DNA of 64,000 nt. It comes from Eledone cirrhosa. Taxonomy: Eukaryota. The notes under the pieces were generated by a model. It had not been told where the DNA came from, ran no database searches, and saw only the letters and a list, made by a program, of their open reading frames with translations. The translations under genes and the position numbers were made by a program. Of the stretch, positions 42,980 through 57,791 are shown piece after piece. The stretch covers positions 124,868,001 through 124,932,000 of the forward strand of contig OZ024745.1 of NCBI GenBank assembly GCA_964016885.1. The letters run 5' to 3'. The stretch's first letter is position 1. Every line of letters starts with the position of its first letter.

Positions 42980-43400
42980 CCTGTGTCAGTGTTGAACAAA
43001 AAGGTGACGTGGTTGCCTTAACACCGTATGGCATAAATTCAGGCTGTTCAGTTTGTTTACAAACGAACAAAGCGACGTTAGCGCCGCTAAACTGATACGT
43101 GCATATATGTATGTGTACCTGTATGCATATGTATGTATATATGTATATATATATATATATGTGCATGCTACTGTACGTCTGTATACATATATGTATGTAC
43201 GTATACATGCATACTTACATTTAAGTAAGTGCCATACTAAGAGTGAGAAATGAAATTTCGTTTTCATTTTGTTTCAATTTATCGTTTTCGGTATGCCTGA
43301 CCGATTTAACTCACTCAATATGCAAATTAGGCTGCTCAGCCGTTAATTTTCATAAGGAAAGTATATACTTTCGAACGTTCAACTATCTGGCAGATGGGTA

Positions 43401-43445
43401 AACGGTGTTGATGATAGCTAACAAGCTTGAAACTAGTACATCGTT
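43401..43445 (+). ncRNA. Hammerhead ribozyme, array unit 3 (core variant TTGATGA)
   Basis: C-to-T at 43408 in the CUGAUGA core. Confidence 0.75.
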
Positions 43446-43866
43446 CCTGTGTCAGTGTTGAACAAAAAGGTGACGTGGTTGCCTTAACACCGTATGGCAT
43501 AAATTCAGGCTGTTCAGTTTGTTTACAAACGAACAAAGCGACGTTAGCGCCGCTAAACTGATACGTGCATATATGTATGTGTACCTGTATGCATATGTAT
43601 GTATATATGTATATATATATATATATGTGCATGCTACTGTACGTCTGTATACATATATGTATGTACGTATACATGCATACTTACATTTAAGTAAGTGCCA
43701 TACTAAGAGTGAGAAATGAAATTTCGTTTTCATTTTGTTTCAATTTATCGTTTTCGGTATGCCTGACCGATTTAACTCACTCAATATGCAAATTAGGCTG
43801 CTCAGCCGTTAATTTTCATAAGGAAAGTATATACTTTCGAACGTTCGACTATCTGGCAGATGGGTA

Positions 43867-43911
43867 AACGGTGCTGATGATAGCTAACAAGCTTGAAACT
43901 AGTACATCGTT
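43867..43911 (+). ncRNA. Hammerhead ribozyme, array unit 4
   Basis: Core identical to unit 1. Confidence 0.88.
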
Positions 43912-44332
43912 CCTGTGTCAGTGTTGAACAAAAAGGTGACGTGGTTGCCTTAACACCGTATGGCATAAATTCAGGCTGTTCAGTTTGTTTACAAACGAAC
44001 AAAGCGACGTTAGCGCCGCTAAACTGATACGTGCATATATGTATGTGTACCTGTATGCATATGTATGTATATATGTATATATATATATATATGTGCATGC
44101 TACTGTACGTCTGTATACATATATGTATGTACGTATACATGCATACTTACATTTAAGTAAGTGCCATACTAAGAGTGAGAAATGAAATTTCGTTTTCATT
44201 TTGTTTCAATTTATCGTTTTCGGTATGCCTGACCGATTTAACTCACTCAATATGCAAATTAGGCTGCTCAGCCGTTAATTTTCATAAGGAAAGTATATAC
44301 TTTCGAACGTTCAACTATCTGGCAGATGGGTA

Positions 44333-44377
44333 AACGGTGCTGATGATAGCTAACAAGCTTGAAACAAGTACATCGTT
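44333..44377 (+). ncRNA. Hammerhead ribozyme, array unit 5 (stem III CAAG variant)
   Basis: T-to-A at 44366 breaks the CTAG palindrome. Confidence 0.75.
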
Positions 44378-44679
44378 CCTGTGTCAGTGTTGAACAAAAA
44401 GGTGACGTGGTTGCCTTAACACCGTATGGCATAAATTCAGGCTGTTCAGTTTGTTTACAAACGAACAAAGCGACGTTAGCGCCGCTAAACTGATACGTGC
44501 ATATATGTATGTGTACCTGTATGCATATGTATGTATATATGTATATATATATATATATGTGCATGCTACTGTACGTCTGTATACATATATGTATGTACGT
44601 ATACATGCATACTTACATTTAAGTAAGTGCCATACTAAGAGTGAGAAATGAAATTTCGTTTTCATTTTGTTTCAATATA

Positions 44680-44746
<67 letters not shown>

Positions 44747-44758
44747 TAATATATATAG

Positions 44759-44863
44759 AAATGGCTTCTACAGGACTAGAATTGTTTCATTCGAAGGAAA
44801 ACATCAGGGCTTTCTTGATGTTTTGCTTCGAATTAAACACTTCTAGACCTGTAGAAGCCATTT
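44759..44863. repeat. Imperfect palindrome (48-bp arms, 9-nt loop) inside (TA)n
   Basis: AAATGGCTTCTACAGG...CCTGTAGAAGCCATTT with 4 arm mismatches. Confidence 0.85.
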
Positions 44864-44875
44864 GTATATATATTA

Positions 44876-44992
<117 letters not shown>

Positions 44993-45165
44993 CTTTTGAA
45001 AAATCGCACTTGAGATTTATTGGTCAACCTCAGCATATTTTAGAGTTTGCATGCTCAAAATGCCATGCATTCTGAAAGTAATGTTTAAACGTCATTTTGG
45101 CTCAGAATCACTTTTGCAGTTTTCTCACTATATATGCGCAATTTGTGATTTCATTTAGAAAAAAA

Positions 45166-45280
45166 AATTGTTTCTACTTCTGGCACAAGGCCAGCCATTA
45201 CCCAGTGTATTACTGGTACTTTATTTTATCGACCCCATAAGGATGAAAGGCAAAGTTAACCTCGGCTGGATTTGAACTCA
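45166..45280 (-). mobile_element. SINE family A, 5'-truncated
   Basis: Core and tail present, head ends just past the B box. Confidence 0.8.
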
Positions 45281-46189
45281 TTAAGAAAAAATAATCATAA
45301 GTAAACAATATCATTTTGATGCTAAATGTATACTGTAGTAAGTTAGTTGAAATATTCTCAATTATTTCTTAGGCTTGGTTGATTACTCAGAGGCTTCTGT
45401 AATTTTGTATTTCTCCTTCTTTCTCATTGTTCGTGTATTTTGTAATGATACCACTCTGGCAATTATTGCTGATTATAACTTTTCACCCTAACTTTATGTC
45501 ATATTTCACTATCACTACCCCCAAAACCATCAATTAGTGTTGATTACACGTTTACCCTAACATTTTGCCTTTTTAGCTTCATTTGCTTTTCTAATCCTCC
45601 TCAACGTTTAAGGTGATATATTTAGTTCATAACAAATTGAAGAAGTTCATCATAACATTACATTGAGCAGAAACTTTCACACCTGTTATATGAGTATTTC
45701 TGTGTGTTCAGTGCCAACATTCCAGCACATTTCCTTGATAAGTACAATGTTAAGTTAGCTCTCACACCGATCTAAATATTTGGGGAACAATCGACTGATT
45801 GATTTTCAGAAGTGTGTATAGTAAGTGTTAATGTCATTTGTGTGACCGAATTCCCACTCGGTTCTTCTCACTACATTTATGTTAACCTCGTGAGCGCTTT
45901 CATTAGAGCAATTGTATCAAACCAAGATTTTCTCGATATTATCTGTAAATATTGGTATAGGATTTCGATATCATTGACGTGAAGATTTGATGAAACATAC
46001 ATAAAAGCTTCATGTCACTGGACGTTATACACTTTCCGAAACATACATATATCCATTGATTAGAGCGTATGTACAATAGACAATGACGAAATCATGGTGC
46101 AAAGCTTAGACTTCTATCCTGGATACCTTACTACTACTTGTGCTACAACACATCGAGATGATCTTACAATCATTACTTCTATATAATCC

Positions 46190-46372
46190 AGGCAATATCG
46201 GTAGAACGTGAGACTCCATGATTTGAAGCATAGAGTTATGGTTCTCTATGTTCTGAGTTCAAATACCCGCGAGGTTAGCTTTGTCGTACATCCTTACAGG
46301 GTTGTTAACTTAAATCACCAGTAATGCACTGGGATAATTGCAGGCCTTGTTCCAAAAGTAGAAACAATTATT
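46190..46372 (+). mobile_element. SINE family A (diverged)
   Basis: GGCAATATCGGTAGA..GAGTTCAAATA..AAAAGTAGAAACAATTATT. Confidence 0.75.
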
Positions 46373-47561
46373 AGTCTGTTCAATTCACTCTTCCTCTACG
46401 ATATATATATATATATAGAGAGAGAGATAGATAGATATATAGATAGATAATATATATAATATATATATATATAATATATATAATATATATATATAAATAT
46501 AATGACATGGCTTTAAAAACGAGGCTGTTTGCATAATTGCAAACGAATCGAATATTATTATTAATATTCGAAAAACTCAGATTCCATTTATTCTATTCAG
46601 CCATGTAGAGCGATAATTTATTTATTTATTTATTTATTTATTTATTATATATATATATATATATATAATTTTAGTATCTAGTCTTGATTTATTTCATTAG
46701 TCTCATTCTACAGAAGTTTCATTAGTATGTCTGGCCTTAAGGATTCCCTTTTCGGTGGTACATTTTGTGTCACTACTTGCTATCGTCCTAATGTTTTCAC
46801 CACCTTATATATTCTAGCTTGTATTTCCCAAACAAATAACAGTCCTTCCCGAGTAGAAGATGATTTATAGCTAAGTCGTGCATAGATTAATGTTATTGGG
46901 TAATTGACTCGATTCTCTTTCCGTTGGATACAATTAACGAACGGCCTTTGTGAAGAATCTTTTAACATTTTCTTACCATGACAACCTTACTAGTGTGTTC
47001 CTTACTGGGTAAGATATCCGCAAATGCATTTGTTGTTTTATTGCAGAAGTGCATTTTACTAAGCAATCAGGTGAATTTCACTGCAGTATAGTGAATGTTT
47101 TCCCCCATACCTACGATTTTCGGGGAATTCTTATTTCAAATTTAGATGAATGTAGATAGATATTTTATTCTCCGCGCCTTCATGTCCCCTTGTACATAGA
47201 TATTTTACATTCTAGGAAGAAAGCCATTTGTAAAGAAAATTATAGAGATAGTTCTTGTTAAATATGACAGAGGATGCTTTAGCGGGTGGCTATCGTTAGA
47301 TTATGACAAGCAAAGTACAGAGAGAATATTTTTAAAGCAGACTACAGATCAGTAAATATAGAGAAATAATAGGAAATGATAAATCCTGAAAGCAGTGTAG
47401 ATACATATCTGACTAAAAAAGATAGAAATATGTCATATATAATAACTGTAGACATATTGGAAATACATATAGTACTGAAAGATAACTAGATAGCTAGATA
47501 CCTAGGTAGATAGATTGATTGATTGATACATACATATATAGAGGGATGGATGGATATATAT

Positions 47562-47633
<72 letters not shown>

Positions 47634-48354
47634 GATATATAAATACCTTGATAGATAGAACGCGAGAGTTAAACATTGCTGTAACGCTTGCAAAATTGCC
47701 AGAGTAAATAATTAGAGAAATATGGTGAAGAATGAGGAGAACAATAGATGTGTTACAGAATTGCTAAAATACCAGAGTGATTTGGAAATGACGAAATATG
47801 CGGAAATATAACTGTCTATATATGTTTCTCTCACTCATCGCTCTTTGTTATTTTCTCTTTCTCTCCGTCCCTTTATTTTATTAAGTCTAAATAGTGAATC
47901 TTGTTATTCTGGAGTTTTCCCTGCTTTTCACTGGGCCATTGTTTTCCTATCCGATTTCCTGTGCTGCTTTATTGTCGGATGGGGGGGGGGGGGGGGGGGG
48001 CTATTTCAATTTCCTGCTTCTTAAAGTTATTTAATGTTTGTTTGTTTGATAAAATAGATATTCAGATTTGAAAGCAGAGCCAATCGGGATAGATTCAAAC
48101 ATCGAATTAGTTGGAGGGATAGAATTGTTAATAAAGTAGTAGAAGCTGATGATGATGATGACAATTGTTGAGGTTACTGTCGTTAGAGTCTTAGCGTATT
48201 CAGTGAGAGTGGTGAATGGGGATCGGAATGTGAAGAAGAACTACTGACCGTCTTCTTTAGTAAGTCTTATATTGTGCTGAAGTTTCGATGTGACTCCCCC
48301 TGTTGTATTTTTGTTGTTGCTGTTACTGTGGCTGTTATTGCTACTGTTATTGTA

Positions 48355-48660
48355 GTGCAGATGCATGGCTTAGTGGTTAGAGCATTGGATTTGCAATCGG
48401 AAGATTATAAGTTCGGTTCTCGGATCGGGTGATGCATTGTGTCCTTGAGCAAGACACTTTATTTCCCGTTGCTCCAGTTTACTCAGCTATGGAAATGCGA
48501 CGTCAGTCACTGGTGCCAAGCTGTATCGACCTTTGCCTTTCCCTTGCACAACATCGGTGGCGTGGAGAGGGGAGGCTGGTATGCATCGGTGACTGCTGGT
48601 CTTCCACAAACAACCTTGCCCGGACTTGTGCTTTCGAGAGAAACTTTCTAGTTTCGTGAC
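48355..48660 (+). mobile_element. tRNA-derived CORE-like SINE (family B)
   Basis: A box TGGCTTAGTGG, B-box-like GTTCGGTTCT and CORE-like GTGTCCTTGAGCAAGACACTT. Confidence 0.65.
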
Positions 48661-50780
48661 CGGACGGGGTCTTTACGCTATTCTGGTGTTTCTTCTTACT
48701 TTTGTGGTTGTTGTTGATTCGGATGAACAGCATATGGGGGTAATACAGGGCGGAATTGTTCAAGGTTATTCTGAATCAATTTGAATGTGACCTCAATATG
48801 TTTTAGCTTGCTCAGTATATCCTTTCCCGACCGGTTATTGAACGTCTTTTGACTTTTCTAGCGTGTGAGGGATATGTTTATGATTCTGACATGAATCGGC
48901 TATATTTTCAGTTTATGAGAGACAAAACCATGCATTTATGAGAAAGTCGTTGTCATTCACAGACTAATTTCCTTTGTTGTAAACGTGTTGAATTGTAATT
49001 TGCTCCCCTTTTCACACCCCTTGATATGTGTGAGAGTTTGTGAGTATTTGGTCACTTCCAGGATATTCAAGAAGTGCATATGATGGTTTGTACAGAAATT
49101 GAGAATTTGCATTTACAATACAAGTGGTTACAAAACATGTTTGCCAGAGTTTCAGGAGATAGATAGGGACATTTAGGCTGTAGAGTTTATATGTCTTTGT
49201 GTGAAACAAAAGCAGTCAGACGAAAGGAAATATATTTGTAGTATCAAGAAGTAGCATAGTTGTCAGCTTTCTCGTCGTTAAACTTAAAGTGTACATAGGC
49301 GTGAAAAAGGCCATAACGCCGTGGGAAAAAAGATAGAAACTTTAAATAAGTGGCACTGCATTGTAATGTATAAAGTATTTATATTTCAAGTTAACTGTGT
49401 CTACTAGCATACACTACCAGCATACACATATATATATACACTCAATCAATGTATTTACAAAACAACAATTTTCACTCTCCAAGGTGAAAGATCTGGTAAA
49501 CCAGGTCCGAACACAAAGGAGCCAAGTGAATTTGAAGTCGAATATTTTCTGTTTGTTTTGTACGAATGTTCGTGATGTGCCCACCAATATTTTCACACTC
49601 ATTTTCTTTTATTTTATTTACTACTTGCTTGTTCAAGTGCTCTTTGTATTCTGTAAATTTGCATTAGCTTCTCCTTTGGTTGATATTTCAGTGAATACGT
49701 GCATTCTTCCATACACATAGCCTCACATATATTATATATAAGAACATAACGGTAATGTGTAAAACTATATTCATATATACAAATACAAGGGTATCTAACG
49801 TTAGAATAAGTATTCCTCTGTGTACGGTTTTGAATTTATTAATATATCCGCTTAAGTTTTCAAGTATTAATGTAGGAATATTTATTTAGAAACCAAATTC
49901 TGCTTTTCACTCTATATTTCATTTGTGTTAAATACTTTTTTAGACAGAACTCCCCATAAGGGTTTACTGAATAGATTGGTTTAATTAGTTGTGTCGTAAT
50001 GTTCGCAGAAGGAATCATGTTTAACATAATTCCTTTACTACACACAGGCAATGTGATACATGAATATTGAACATCAATCATTGATACGACAGTAGTGTGG
50101 AGATTGGATAAAGAGCGTCCGATGAGTGTGTTCACAGATAAAAACTTTCGAGTTATTACTAGGATTCTTCAGCAATGTTGAGAGAAATGATATAATTTTG
50201 ATTGAAATACTATTATAATTTACAATTGAGATTCCACATCATTTCTTGTAATACATCTTTAGGGTGATGTACATAAACTAAGTTATGAATTTGAATCGAT
50301 GTCATTTGAGAATGACATCTCTCTTCCAATATTGGAATGGGAGATGTATATCATCTAAGATTGTTATTGTTCAATAGAAACTATTCAATGACATTTTGAA
50401 CACAAGTATATATATAGTTTATGAATCTTAAAGCAAAATTAATATCTCAATGACGTGAAAGGATATTTTTAAATTCCTTCTGTACAGCCTCAATTAGAAA
50501 TCATGAATAAGTATATTTATATTTTAAAATCTGTACAATGGAATACATTATACGGTGAATCTAATATAAGGACTCAAATATCTCTGACATGAGACTTCGC
50601 TAGAGAGAAATGAATTGTTTATGAGTTTGCTTGATAATTATAATAGAAGTAGTGAGATTTAGTAGGTAAATATTGAGGAAAGACAAACACGATATAGAAC
50701 TATATACATGTACACAACCCACCACCACCACACACACATATATATGTGTGTCTGTGCTTGTGTGTTTGTGTGTGTCTGTT

Positions 50781-50887
<107 letters not shown>

Positions 50888-50905
50888 GGTAATACAGTTA
50901 GTTCA

Positions 50906-50955
50906 CCATACTGAGAACAATTGCTTCACTTTAGCATATCTTCAGCTCGTACTGG
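50906..50955 (-). ncRNA. Degenerate hammerhead motif; related relic at about 24580-24632
   Basis: Minus strand reads CCAGTACGAG-CTGAAGA-..-GAAG-CAATTG-TT-CTCAGTATGG (GAAA changed to GAAG). Confidence 0.45.
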
Positions 50956-51597
50956 TCATGGTTAAACGGAACAGGAAGAACAACAGTATGAACGCGCATG
51001 CGCAGAAAGGGTCACTTCACCCAAGCGACACAAAGTCACGGGCAAAAAGTGTAGTTTTCTTGGTAAATACAACTGAAATGCGTGATAGTTATGGCTAGAA
51101 TGCTTTTTATCATAAGTATCCTCAGCCAAGTGTTAATCAACGACAACAGAAATTAATCTTTAAAAATGGAAATACCGTTCAAACAGTGTATACTAATCGG
51201 TGAAAAGAATAGATCCTAAATCATTGAAATGTAAACATTCATCAGTTGACTTATGAAAATTCAGCATACATGATGGTAGTTGGGAGATTAATTATAGGTA
51301 ACATTTGCAAAATATACCTATAAGCTTTTAAGAAATAATGCTATTTATTTTGCATATAAATCTGAGAGTGATTATAAAATGTTATTTACATTTACGTATC
51401 AAAAAACTAAATCGAAAAGGTTTTCTACCGTCTTATGTTTCTTAGTGGTTAGCCATAGCTCACGAGAGAGACAGTGTTCATCAGACAGGGAGATTATCTC
51501 TCTGTATGATGAATGCCGCTTTCACCCTTAACGGCTTTTTAAAAAAATCCGGTTAAGATTGAAAGCACCGATTCTTAGCTTAAACTTTAATCTGTTA

Positions 51598-51704
<107 letters not shown>

Positions 51705-52861
51705 ATGGGATAACAAGTTATCGTTACAGGTAATCCAGTTAGAGGTTTTGAGTACTCTGCGTACGGCTTTGTTTGACTCAACAAGATGTTTCCATAGTTA
51801 AGCAGCGAGTTCATAATAATTCCTATGCGGGTTATACATGGACTAATACTAGTGAAAGAATGAAGAGTAACATGGTTATCTGTACAATAAGGGGCTTTAT
51901 TTAAAGTACTGACAATTGTTTCATTGATCAGGTGAGTATAATCAAAACAATAACATCAATAATAAAATATATATGGTAAATAGGTAGAGAAGTTAGAGAT
52001 GTTAAAATTAAAAAGTAAATGATAAGATAGGATACATTAAAAAAGTAAGAAAATAAGAACATGGAAAATATAAAGAAATAAATAAGGATAAGTGACAGCA
52101 AGTAAGTACAGAGTATGTTTGTGGTGGTGGTTCTTATAAGGATTCGTTGGTGGTTATATTGCTAACATGAAAAGTTAAATTCGAAATATACATAGATACG
52201 TGAGGAGAGTCTGAAGTAGTGACAGATAAAAGAAAACAGAAAAAGCAATAAATTAGAGATTAATTGGAGGATACAAGTAACAGATTTAAGGACTAGGGGT
52301 GGATTGTGAAGGTAGGTTTAACAAATGTGTGTGGTAAATGTTTTGCTGATTATCTAGTCTGAATGGGGTTGATGCTGTTTCAGGGAAAGAGGGTAAAAGA
52401 GATGTTCAGAGATTTATGATCCAGTGACCAGTTGGCCGCTTGACAGCTAATAGCAGTGGGATGGTGTGTATTCTATATGCTAACATCCCGATGGTTCAGT
52501 TCTAGTTTTGGGATTGCTGGTTCGAATCACGCTGGTTTGAAGTTTGTGAATCTGGTAGCTATTTTATGCCTACAGAAAATTAATCTCTAATTTATTGCTT
52601 ATTCTTTTTCCATATATATTTTATTATTGATGTTATTGTTTTGATTATACGCTACTCTTCTACATATATCTTGCCCCGAGTGAATTAATTTTATATCTAC
52701 GTACTCTGATGTGTTGACCAGAGCTAAATAATGTATTGGAGATCGAGTGACGCAACTTCAAGCGATTAGCGACCTCTAGACTCACCTGATCAACGAAACA
52801 ATTGTCAGTACTTGAAATAAAGCCCCTTATTGTACAGCCAACCATGTTACTCTTCATTCTT

Positions 52862-52867
<6 letters not shown>
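51705..52867. mobile_element. (TA)n-flanked PLE-like relic with inverted pLTR segment (about 51850-51940 and 52778-52867)
   Basis: AAAGAATGAAGAGTAACATGGTT..GTACTGACAATTGTTTC and its reverse complement. Confidence 0.65.
52701..52811 (+). ncRNA. Type I hammerhead motif with large stem II insertion
   Basis: GTACT-CTGATGT-GTTGACCAG...CTGATCAAC-GAAA-CAATTG-TC-AGTAC. Last core A mutated to T. Confidence 0.6.
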
Positions 52868-52939
<72 letters not shown>

Positions 52940-53199
52940 GTATATATATATATATATATATATGATTATGTCATTTATTTTGTCTGACCTGTTTAGCTTA
53001 ACTTGTTTTGGGGCTTAGGTGGTTAATGGCTACTTGACCGCCTTCTCAGTTTGTAAGGCCTTTATAACCTATGTATATTGCTCGGGTATTTTTTAGCCCA
53101 TGGAGCGCTTGCCAGCATGACTCGGAATTTGCGTTACGTTTCGCTTTTTTTACCCGCCGAAATGCGATTCTCGCTGAATTTAAATATAAATATGTATGA

Positions 53200-53295
53200 G
53201 CAAGGCATGGTCAGCCGACAAGACACTGCCCACAACAGGACAACCCGTCTAACCCAAGCTAGCACGGAAGAACGGACGTAAAACGGTGATGATGA
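53200..53295 (+). mobile_element. RTE/BovB-like LINE 3' terminus with (GAT)n tail; second copy about 63780-63882
   Basis: ACTGCCCACAACAGG..ACCCAAGCTAGCACGGAAGAACGGACGTAAAACGGTGATGATG. Confidence 0.5.
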
Positions 53296-53329
53296 TATAT
53301 ATATATGGTGAAAGAGATATAGCGAAACA

Positions 53330-53494
53330 AGAAGAAGAAGAAGAAGAAGAAGAAGAAGAAGAAGAAGAAGAAGAAGAAGAAGAAGAAGAAGAAGAAGAAG
53401 AAGAAGAAGAAGAAGAAGAAGAAGAAGAAGAAGAAGAAGAAGAAGAAGAAGAAGAAGAAGAAGAAGAAGAAGAAGAAGAAGAAGAAGAAGAAGA
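53330..53494. repeat. (GAA)n microsatellite, about 54 units
   Basis: Seen directly. Confidence 0.97.
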
Positions 53495-54196
53495 GTGATA
53501 TATATATATAAACACATATATATAGGTATAAGCACAGATAATCCGGCAAAATTTGGTGACCATTGTTCATATGAAATGTCACGAGTTAAATCGACATTTC
53601 CCACAGATTTGACCACCATATCTATGGTCATTCTGCACACAATTATGCCTAATTTCCTCGGTTTCTATCTGACGCGTGTCTGTGCCTCAATTAGAGTTTA
53701 ATCCGATTACTCGTTCCACACAATATATGTGTATAGAATATTTGTCATGGGAACTGAGGTTATCTCTACCATCGTACATGCTCAAATCAGTGGTTTGTAT
53801 TGCAAGATACCTTTTAAGGCTGCGTAACTTACCTTTCACGAAAATGAGGAGATTTCTTATCTTTTCTTTCTATTAAATATCCATGATTTCTCTAAGGTGT
53901 CTCATAAAGAATGAATGCTTCTTTTCTAAATTTTAGTTCTATACTGCCAATTCCTATCATCCGTATGGTTCGATATTCTTTGGACGCTTTAATATCTTCA
54001 TCCATCTATCAATGAGCCTAGATGAATTATCGTTTGTACTTCTCAGAAAGGTAAAATGGCCAACATCTACTTGGTGTTAATATTTGACAAGACGGCTAAA
54101 TGTTAGGCCATTTTTTTCTTGTTAGTTTTTAGATGACAAAGTTGCTTATATATAATTATATATTATATAAGCATATATTTAAATCATGGATGAATA

Positions 54197-54239
<43 letters not shown>

Positions 54240-54254
54240 ATCTATCTCTCTCTT

Positions 54255-54296
<42 letters not shown>

Positions 54297-54506
54297 CAAA
54301 TATTCATCCATAATATAAATATATATATATACAAATATTCATCCCTAATATAAATATATGTGTATATATAAATATATATATATACAAATATTCATCCATA
54401 ATATAAATACATATATCTATATATATATATATATACACATATTCATCCATAATATAAATATATGTATGTACATAAATATATATATATATACATATATTCA
54501 TCCATA

Positions 54507-54512
<6 letters not shown>
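54297..54512. repeat. Minisatellite, about 6 copies of ATATTCATCCATAATATAAAT(AT)n
   Basis: Seen directly. Confidence 0.85.
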
Positions 54513-54602
<90 letters not shown>

Positions 54603-54624
54603 AATATATATATATATATATATA

Positions 54625-55080
54625 TGTAAAGTTATATTAAAATTGTTGGGTTACAACTAGTAAATATTTATAACTGATATAAAAGCACTCGACAAATATT
54701 TGGAGTATATTTACAATATTAAATAAATGGAAAACTATATTTATATAACCATATTTATTTCATTATATATATTTCGGGGATATCATATTAACAATATGTT
54801 ATGCCTTCATCAGACAAAATACAATATAAACAGTTTTATAGATAAATATATTCGACATACCGTAATAAACATCAACTTCATTTGAAGAGGTTTACTGCTA
54901 GAGTAAACCTCTTCAAATGAAGTTGATGTTTATTACGGTATGTCGAATATATTTATCTATAAAACTGTTTATATTGTATTTTGTCTGATGAAGGCATAAC
55001 ATATTGTTAATATGATATCCCCGAAATATATATAATGAAATAAATATGGTTTTATAAATATAGTTTTCCATTTATTTAAT

Positions 55081-55086
<6 letters not shown>
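54625..55086. mobile_element. Fold-back element: 185-bp arms (54712-54896 and 54902-55086), HHR in each arm (54978-55041 plus, 54757-54820 minus)
   Basis: Loop GCTAG, one arm mismatch noticed. ATTTTGT-CTGATGA-AGGCATAACATATT..AATATGATATCCCC-GAAA-TATATA-TA-ATGAAAT. Confidence 0.85.
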
Positions 55087-55162
<76 letters not shown>

Positions 55163-55222
55163 TAAAATAAATATATATATATAAAATATATATATATATA
55201 TATATATAATAAATATATATAT

Positions 55223-55300
<78 letters not shown>

Positions 55301-55339
55301 AATATATATATATAAAATATATATAAAATATATATATAT

Positions 55340-55450
<111 letters not shown>

Positions 55451-55566
55451 ATATATAATATATAATATATAATATATAATATATAATATATATATATAAT
55501 ACATATATATATATAAAATATATAAAATATATATAAAATATATATAAAATAAATATATATATATAT

Positions 55567-56590
<1,024 letters not shown>

Positions 56591-56609
56591 TATATATATA
56601 TATATATAC

Positions 56610-56706
<97 letters not shown>

Positions 56707-57630
56707 GAAATGGAGGGGAAGGAAGAGAAAGTGTTAGATGGATGCATAGATATAGAGACAGAGGAAGAGAGAGGTAAATTGGCATATAATCATCCTCGAT
56801 AAACAGTTTCCATATTTTCTAAAATTATCAGAATAATTTTGTAGTTCGCAAATGAGAATTATATAGTTGGTCATTAGCAAAATTATGATATGAGAATTTC
56901 TTTTCCTTCCCTTACATTTGCATTTTGTTGAAAGAGTTAGTTAACAAGTATTAACATATTGGTATTTCGATCACGGTGAATGATTCAGTAAGCTTAGGAT
57001 ACATTTGGAAATGATAATGTTTCATTTTAGTGTTAGAGTCAATTATACGAACTCGTTGTATGAACGACGTGGCATCAAGAGATCTGATAAGTTGAGTGGA
57101 GTGGATGAAGATTCAGTACAGGGTTTGTAACTGAAAGTAACTATCACCATTCACGACTGGTGATCTAGCACTTAATTTAATAAACCAGCCATTCTATCCA
57201 GATAAAAATGTATTTATTCCTGTTTGAATTACAGAATTTGGGGAAGTGTTCTAACTCTCTTTGTCATTTCGGCTGGCTGACTTGCACAAAAGGATTTAAC
57301 TGTTTTTATATAACTCAGTCGAAATGAAATAATCCTATAACATTCTTGAAATGTAAACAAGACACTTTATCAAAACAGAAGAAAAATAAAATTAAATGAT
57401 TATCTTTTAAGAATGCTATCAACAACATTAAAACAAAGTTATCTTTTTATTTTAAATCATTTTGAAATTCATTCATGTTAGGAAACAAATCATTTATGGC
57501 TTTTTAATGTTAATGACAGTTCTTTGTGATCTCTTTTGGTATTTATTAGAATTGATGAAGTCGTTGAGGATATTCATTTGTTCCTATTTTTTCTTCATCA
57601 TCATCATCGTCGTCATTATTATCATCATCA

Positions 57631-57728
57631 TCCCGCCGAGGTTAACTTTGCCTTTCATCCTTCCGGGGTCGATAGAATAAAGTACCAGTAATGCATTGGG
57701 TAATTGCTGGCCTTGTGCCAAAAGTAGA

Positions 57729-57790
<62 letters not shown>
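57631..57790 (+). mobile_element. SINE family A 3' half with (TAA)n tail abutting the Dong element tail
   Basis: CCCGCCGAGGTTAACTTTGCCTTTCATCC...CCAAAAGTAGAAA(TAA)n. Confidence 0.85.

Positions 57791-57791
<1 letters not shown>

Larger units (their letters stand above)
42024..44676 (+). mobile_element. 466-bp tandem array (about 5.7 units) carrying hammerhead ribozymes; candidate non-LTR retrozyme
   Basis: Period 466 (ORF track repeats at 42404, 42870, 43336, 43802, 44268). Only 3 substitutions noticed among units. (TA)n at both ends of the composite. Confidence 0.9.

Noticed and set aside
42024-44676. CRISPR-like array or repeated small ORFs (112, 93 and 66 aa)
   Set aside because: Units are fully identical with no unique spacers, there are no cas genes and the context is eukaryotic. 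The ORFs are low-complexity and overlap on both strands.
48355-48435. tRNA gene
   Set aside because: Degenerate B box, no convincing cloverleaf, and it continues into a CORE-like SINE body.
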